Assembly (NCBI GenBank): GCA_964016885.1
Contig: OZ024742.1
Coordinates: 329,530,001 to 329,594,000, forward strand
DNA length: 64,000 nucleotides
Source of the DNA: Eledone cirrhosa
Taxonomy: Eukaryota
Direction of reading: 5' to 3'
Shown here: piece after piece, positions 57,389 to 64,000 of the stretch
How positions within the stretch are numbered: position 1 is the first letter of the stretch
How the letters are laid out: each line of letters opens with the position of its first letter
Notes under the pieces: generated by a model
What the model was told of the DNA's origin: nothing
The model's database searches: none
What the model saw: only the letters and a program-made list of their open reading frames with translations
Made by a program: the position numbers and the translations under genes

Positions 57389-57673
57389 CTTGTATACATA
57401 TAATTAAATAAACGTATATAAATAAATAAATACGAATATAACAAGCGCACACCCAGACGCAAAACTCACGTACAGACATAACCAAAAGATTATGTAAAAG
57501 AATATATAATATATACGCCATAACATATACAATCAAATATACGTACGTAAAGTAAACGTGCTTTCACAAAACATACAGGTAATATATACATCCTATACAA
57601 ATAAATAAAGGTATAAACATAACATATACTTAGCTACCACATCAAGACGTAAAATATCCGCGTATAGTTCTTA

Positions 57674-59780
57674 CTATCCGTTAGGGTATAATGTGGGGCT
57701 GTAATACAGGAAGGTTTTGTGCAATTTATGTTTACAAGCCGAAATTGCCTCAGATGTTTGATTTAAGATGTGGTCTTTGGCGTAGAGTATTTCCAGGGCC
57801 TCAGCGGCGCAGAGGTGACGTGGCCTTTTATTTCCATTATACAATCTAGCCCTAGCTAGGAAATGCCAGTGTAACTTATATTGGTGTGGTTGTCTTTTAG
57901 ACTCCAGATATAAGCTGAAAGTAACGTCATATTCCTTCTTAAAGGTAACGAAAAAAATGGGTATGCATGTAAAAACGCTACTTGAATCTGTTGGCGGTTA
58001 ACCTATGTAGGCCCTACGAGACGTGGGTGTTTCAACCTTACATTTGTAGACAATGTTACTAGAGAGGCATTTCCCGGATAGGGGGCAGTCAACCCGATTC
58101 CAATAATTACAGTTAGTACTAATTACAGGGTTGCACGTGTTCCTACGGCTAGGTAGTTCAGCTAAATTTGAAGCTGTGATGTTATGTGCAAGGTCAGTCG
58201 TAGAGTAAGAAAGGTTAATAGTATTTCTATTAATAATTTTACCATATTTATGTGTAGGGGGAAAATGCTTCATAATAAGGGTGAGAAAGATCTTAGCTAA
58301 TGGTGTGGTCACCTCCATATTATATGGTGGGTTATACCATATAATGCGTCGGGATCTATTTCTTCTAGGTCTATGCTCGTACTCTGTATATGGTACTTTA
58401 TCGACAAATCAACTCCGAGCAAGAGCTTCATTGTAATATGTGGAATGGTCATTGAAAATATGCTCGGTAGCAGATAGACGGGAAAGCCTCAAAGAAACGT
58501 TTCATACCAGGTTCTTGGTTATGCTGGCAGAATGGTTAGAATGCTTACTTATGTAATTAATCGTATCATTCGGCTTTCTATACGGGTAATGCAAGCCATT
58601 CGATGAATTGGGGGTAACGTCGAGGTAATTAATGACGGAGAGGTTGGCCTGAACTTGTATGGTGAGGTTGAAGCCTTTAAAGAAGGCTGTGAGTTCTTTT
58701 CTGAACCTGTCGCAAGTACGTGGGCCGCCCTTGGTCATGGTCAAAAGAGCGTCATCACGGTACAATCCACCGCCAGCTTTGGGGAATTCTTCCTTGATAG
58801 AGAAAAGAAGGAAAAGGCCGATATGATCAGTAACCTCCGCAGATACGCTGGCGCCCATACTCACGTCGAATGGGGTACTATTAGATTTTTTAATCCAAAT
58901 AGAGTCATCGAAATTAATCACCGACTTCCGGGCATTGAGGATGACATCAACTTCGAAATCCTTAACCACTGTGAGTGTTTTAGTGAAATTGATAGCTCTA
59001 AGGAGAAGTGGTAAAGTGATGGAGGAGTAGCAATTATTGATGTCGAATGTTCCTTGTTGCATATGCCGTTGAACCAATCAATCACCGCGAAAGAATTTTT
59101 CCACAGTGCAGGAGGGGCCAAACTTCTAATTTCAGGCATAATTCTATCAATAATCCTTTTACTAAGTCTACCTAAATCGGACTTCGTAGGGTTAATAAGG
59201 CGAATAGAGGCGTTGTTTGGAAAATTGGATTCGTGATCCTTCAGGGTAAAGTGGGGAGAAATAGGGTCCAGAGGTTCAGTCCGGTCCAGGATGTTAAGAT
59301 CAGAGGTGATTTTAAACCCAGCATCGTTGATTTCATTAATGACGCTCCGATTAGTTTTACGGTAATCCTTAGTTACAGCATTATCTAGCAGTTGATGGCA
59401 AGTACTGCGCTCCACTTGATATAGATTGCCAGTTTTGTCGGAATGGACGTGCACGTCATTAGAATCCTTAATAGAACGAATTCTATTCTGCAGGTGCTGC
59501 TGGAAGGAATTGCTCTTATTACGAAATTTGATACTCCCTATGAGTTCCAGACATCATTTTCGAAGGGTAGCAATGCTGGGTTACTCGGATGGTTATTATA
59601 GGTTTTAAACCCGAATTTATCCTGTTTGTTGTCTTCTTTTCCCTGATTATCAAAATTAAAGGCACGCCAACGCAACCTTTTAATGAACGCGTCTGTTTTC
59701 TGTATCAGGAGATTTAGGAATGTTTTCCTGCTTGGTACGGGTATGATCTTTGTAGAAATATTCAGATGTTGTTTCTGCAT
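57674..59780 (-). pseudogene. PLE RT + GIY-YIG pseudogene (several frameshifts)
   Basis: STKIIP..FIKRLRWR..FGFKT..FEND; HSDKTGNLY; RLINPTKSDLG; FDI; DVSMGA; GGLYRDD; IVYKCKV..AYIG; LCAAE..ILNQTSE..CKH. Confidence 0.93.
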
Positions 59781-59815
59781 AATGAGTATAAGTCAATAGA
59801 GTGCTCAACCGATGG

Positions 59816-59888
59816 AGATTGACTTTGTTAGTTTCAGAATATCCCGTTATGGGTGAAAGCTGCGATTCTTTGCTTAAACTTGAATCTG
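59816..59888 (+). ncRNA. Group C hammerhead, inverted copy (CAGAATA; G8 mutated)
   Basis: AGTTT-CAGAATA-TCCC(GTTAT)GGGT-GAA-AGC..GCT-T-AAACT. Confidence 0.6.
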
Positions 59889-59891
59889 TTA

Positions 59892-59931
<40 letters not shown>

Positions 59932-59932
59932 G

Positions 59933-60122
59933 GCTTTGGGAGGGTCATGTTACCAATAAGACACACACGCACCAGTAGCTTTCACTCCAATTTAAAATAA
60001 ATTGGAGTGAAATAACTGGTACCTGTGTTTCTTATTGGCAACATGACCCTCCCAAAGCATAACAATATCGGTTTCAACACACGTTTTTAGATAAAGAATC
60101 ATGCTAAACAAATTCAGAAACG

Positions 60123-60125
<3 letters not shown>
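59933..60125. mobile_element. Fold-back mini-copy of the group B2 terminus (another remnant at 62713-62790)
   Basis: 59933-59993 inverts 59998-60058 and is followed by the B2 tail AATATCGGTTTCAACAC..GAAACGAAA. Confidence 0.8.
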
Positions 60126-60180
<55 letters not shown>

Positions 60181-61039
60181 TTGTCTCAAAGACCTTGATT
60201 GAGCGCGTGTATACTAGTGCTCATAGAATAATGAGAAAATCTCAACGCATGAATAGCTCTTAAAGCAACAAACTGCCGTCAATCACAGAAACCATTGGGT
60301 AGAAACATGTTTGCCTGCAGAATTAATAGGAAAAAATAAATAAAGGAATACATAGAACGAGAGACAAGAACACACACAGGCGCATGATTTAACCTCTTCA
60401 GCACCCAGACCGGCTCTGGCTTCGGCTCGTGCAACAGAAAAATATATAATTCTCTCGATCTGATACGTGTGCTATAACCCAAACATATTAGGTAGACGGC
60501 ACCACTACAACTACATAAGGTGTTCACAGCGCATTTATAGCCGCATGGCATGGATTGATACAGGCAGAGACAGTCGATATAATTTGAGTGTAACATTAGT
60601 CAATACGAATAGCTCATCTGATTTTCATTTTTCCACTATTGTCAAACCTATTCAAATATATCACGTAAATTCGATGTTCTTTACAAGAATTAACCTGATA
60701 CATATAATTAGATATGATATATTAATATAAATTTTAGGAAATTTGTGGCCACTAATGAAGGAGAAAAACAGTGCACAGTCTCTAATGTTCTCATTATCTC
60801 TTAGATTTTTGGTATTAAATGTCATATTCAATTTATATCTAACAACCATAAAGGGGAATGTATAACTTCTCTCTTTTTTCCGTATCTCTCTCCTCTCTCT
60901 CTAAACATTAAACACATACACACACATATGTGTATTTACACATTATATCATGATTGCAATTTTACACCGAGTCTGTGGGCGTATTCAGTTGGGTTTAATT
61001 ATCCTTTGGTGGGAGAGAAAGTGTGAGGGGGAGTAAGGA

Positions 61040-62030
61040 TATTTGAACTGGCAGCGTCTCTGACCTGCTATCCATTTTTCGCCAGGTGCAGTTGACCCAA
61101 AGAGTCACCAACACGCCAAACAACCCTGGCCATCTACTCAATCTTTATGTCCAGGCTCCAGCAGCTCACAATCCTGATAAACAGAATGGGCGTGATTGAC
61201 GCCGATACAGCCCTCTACTTACTCATTATTACAGCTACGCATCTCTCCTCACTGACCACGATACTTGTATGTGAGCGGTAGTTCTGGACATATACAACGT
61301 CAGATTTGATGAATTTGGATGGCAACAAGCCACGTAACCCATTATAAAGGGGAGCCTTGGTCTCTGTTCTCCAGTCTCGTGGGCTTTGCCGGTGTTTTTT
61401 ATTCTTTATTGTGTCGGTATTCTTGCCCTGTCGTCATCAACGGGCTTCTCGACATCACAACGGAACACATTTTCATCAAAGAACGCGAGGTCACTTAAAA
61501 GATTTGGAACGTGCTCTGACTCTGCCCAATAGACGTCCCTCTTCCTCCCACACCAGCTCTAACAGCACCGCCTCTCATGTTTTGGCTGGGCCTCGCAACT
61601 CAACAGCGGTGCCTGGCTCAATGCTTTACCCTCCTTTTCGACTGCCACGCAGCTGTATGACGATATCCTGAGAATTGGGGTATGTCTAAGGTTCGGACTC
61701 CGGATCCACTGTAATCACATTCGTCCTCCACTCGCTGTCCTGTCACTACATAGCCGGCTGCCGCCCACGCTATGCTGCTTTCAACGGAATCATGGATTGG
61801 ATGCTGCAGGCCTCCCCTCCCAGCTCGAGCCGGATGGGGTGGAAGAGTTTACCTGCAAAAAAAAACGGCAGGAACTCCAGTGGTAAACCCAGAGCAAACT
61901 AAAATACATGTGATTGCCTAGTTTCGCGTAAGGATCGTAACGGGGCAGTTGGACACGTTTGCTTCTGACACGAACAGCTGGAAGGAATGTTTGAGGACTC
62001 TGCACCCGCGATTCTCAAGGTAATAAGTGG
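61040..62030 (+). pseudogene. Decayed CRE-like non-LTR retrotransposon (RT C-terminus and restriction-like endonuclease)
   Basis: NVRFDEFGWQQAT*PIIKGSLGLCSP..ALPVF (W.QA.LP..GGLG), CRPRYAAFN, DAAGLPSQLEPDG, DTFAS. Confidence 0.65.
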
Positions 62031-62063
62031 ATGACGAAAAGATCTCTATATATATATATATAT

Positions 62064-62200
62064 AACAAAGGAATTGTGGTAAGGAACCAGATGGACCATA
62101 ACGCATCAGAGTACTCAATACTTAGGAGAGTAGAGTGGGAAATAGGAAAACATAGTCAAGGAATAGCCATCGAAACGGCTTGAGCTCTGCCGTCGGGTTC
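62064..62200. mobile_element. Rearranged group E terminus
   Basis: 62064-62148 matches 8724-8808; 62153-62197 is an inverted HHR 3' half (TAGCCATCGAAACGGCTTGAGCTC..GTCGGG). Confidence 0.7.
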
Positions 62201-62220
62201 ATACGTTTTCCTATATACAT

Positions 62221-62307
<87 letters not shown>

Positions 62308-62788
62308 AATGTAATCTGAGTTTTTCGAATATTGATAATAACATTCAATTCGTTTGCAATTATGCAATGAACCTCTTTTTTAAAGCCATGTCAGTAGAAT
62401 GAGCCCCCCCCCCCATTCTTGGTCTTGTGTTGGCATACAAAAAGAACTGCACACACTAATGTTTCTGGGTATCACCCTTTATCAGTGCAGTTCACTGTTT
62501 ACCTGCTAGATGTCAGATCTAGTGAACATATATGATATTTTTTTAATATACAGTGACTGATCAGCCTCATTTGCATGTTATCAGACTGGCTGATCACTCT
62601 GATGTGGATATATTCTATATATATATAAGTGTGTGTGTGTGTCTGATGGTAGCTAAGATGCTTCCATAGGCGGTGTGCCGGTTCTATTAAATATATATAT
62701 ATATATATATATATTGTTATACTTTGGGAGGGTCAATATCGGTTTCAACACACGATTTCAGATGAATAATCTTTCTAATCAAATTCAG

Positions 62789-62863
<75 letters not shown>

Positions 62864-62991
62864 AAAGTTATATTTAAAATTGTTGGGTTACAACTAGTAA
62901 ATATTTATAACTGATATAAAAGCACTCGACAAATATTTGGAGTATATTTACAATATTAAATAAATGGAAACTATATTTATAAAACCATATT

Positions 62992-63057
62992 TATTTCATT
63001 ATATATATTTCGGGGATATCATATTAACAATATGCTATGCCTTCCTCAGACAAAATA
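62992..63057 (-). ncRNA. Minimal hammerhead at the end of a group A-type PLE whose 3' UTR runs towards the right edge
   Basis: Minus strand: TATTTTGT-CTGAGGA-AGGCATAGCATATT(GTT)AATATGATATCCCC-GAA-ATATATAT-A-ATGAAATA; downstream tail matches 52883-52930. Confidence 0.8.
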
Positions 63058-64000
63058 CAATATAAACAGTTTTATAGATAAATAGATTCGACATACCGTA
63101 ACAACACCGACTTGCATTTGAAGAGGTTGAGCTGGCAGTGAAAAAATTTTACACAGAGAGAAAGAAAGAGAGAAAAAAGAAAGAAAGACAAAAAACGAAG
63201 AAAAGGAAGAAAAAGAAGAAATGCATGGAACAAAGTAGAGAGATGGAGAGATAGATAAAGAGAAGAACTTCATGTAAAGAAACAGAAAGATATATATATA
63301 TATAGAGAGAGAGGAAATAGAGATATATACATATATATATAGAAAATTAGGTAGTGGGAGGTCAGTTGAGTAAATATATCAATGATACATTTATTTATTT
63401 ATTTATTTATTTAGCTCTAGTATTAATGTAAGGGAGATATATATATATAGAAAAAATATAGAGAGAGAAAAAATAGCGAGAGAAAAAATTTAAAAATAGC
63501 CAGATATATTCGAGGCGTAAAACCCTATGTTTTAATGTATTAGTATTTATAAAACTTCCACTATATTGTAAATATCAGTATTCCTGAATGAGACAAGTAT
63601 CCATAGTGTGTGAAAATTAATTATCGGATGTTTAGTTTTTTAAAAAATTCATATGTTTATGTGATAGCTACAAACATCCATGTGAATCCACATGATCAAC
63701 TCTGCAAACTCTAAGTTCACGGAAAACATTCTCAATGTGGTATAAAAATTTGAGTATACATATATGTGTATTATTATTCCTGTCTTTACTCTACAAGATT
63801 ATCTATCAGGCAGAAATAGAGTGCAGATTTCAATATACTAATAAAAATATATATCTGAAACAAAACTAAAAAAATAACAATAATAATAATAAGTAATAAT
63901 AAAATAGAAAACTAAAAAAATATTACGAAAGAATATTACATATTAAAAATATTACATATTAAAAAATTTACATATTAAAGATATTAAAAATAAAATAATA

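Larger units (their letters stand above)
56574..59898 (-). mobile_element. Near full-length PLE (group C) with an inverted pLTR at its 5' end
   Basis: 59816-59898 inverts 56666-56750; RT-EN pseudogene; TA tracts at both ends. Confidence 0.92.

Noticed and set aside
60200-60340. Minus-strand splice acceptor (TTTTTTCC..CTGCAG)
   Set aside because: All three frames stop within ~55 nt and there is no good donor; cannot be supported as an exon

Overview
This is AT-rich, gene-poor eukaryotic DNA. The SINE sequences and (TA)n density suggest a cephalopod, probably Octopus; that is my recollection, not a search result. No complete host gene is visible, only one candidate 50-nt exon. Most ORFs in the track are translated microsatellites. 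The window is dominated by Penelope-like retroelements (PLEs: RT plus C-terminal GIY-YIG endonuclease), almost all sitting in (TA)n tracts as 5'-truncated, inverted or tandem copies. One copy (28774-33244) is full length, with 142-bp direct pseudo-LTRs (pLTRs) and an open 827-aa ORF whose RT active site has mutated to YRVD. Reading both strands by eye, I find about 25 type I hammerhead ribozyme (HHR) motifs in the pLTRs, in roughly 9 sequence groups. Several groups carry a non-canonical core in more than one copy: CAGAAGA, CCGAAGA, CUGUUGA, UUGANAA, an extra base after A9, or U-U at 10.1:11.1. There are also non-coding HHR-bearing elements (retrozyme-like) and candidate structured RNA domains in PLE 3' UTRs. 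Other repeats are decayed RTE-like, R4-like and CRE-like non-LTR retrotransposons, tRNA-type SINEs and a probable Helitron end. All pairings were derived by eye; nothing was folded, searched or tested.
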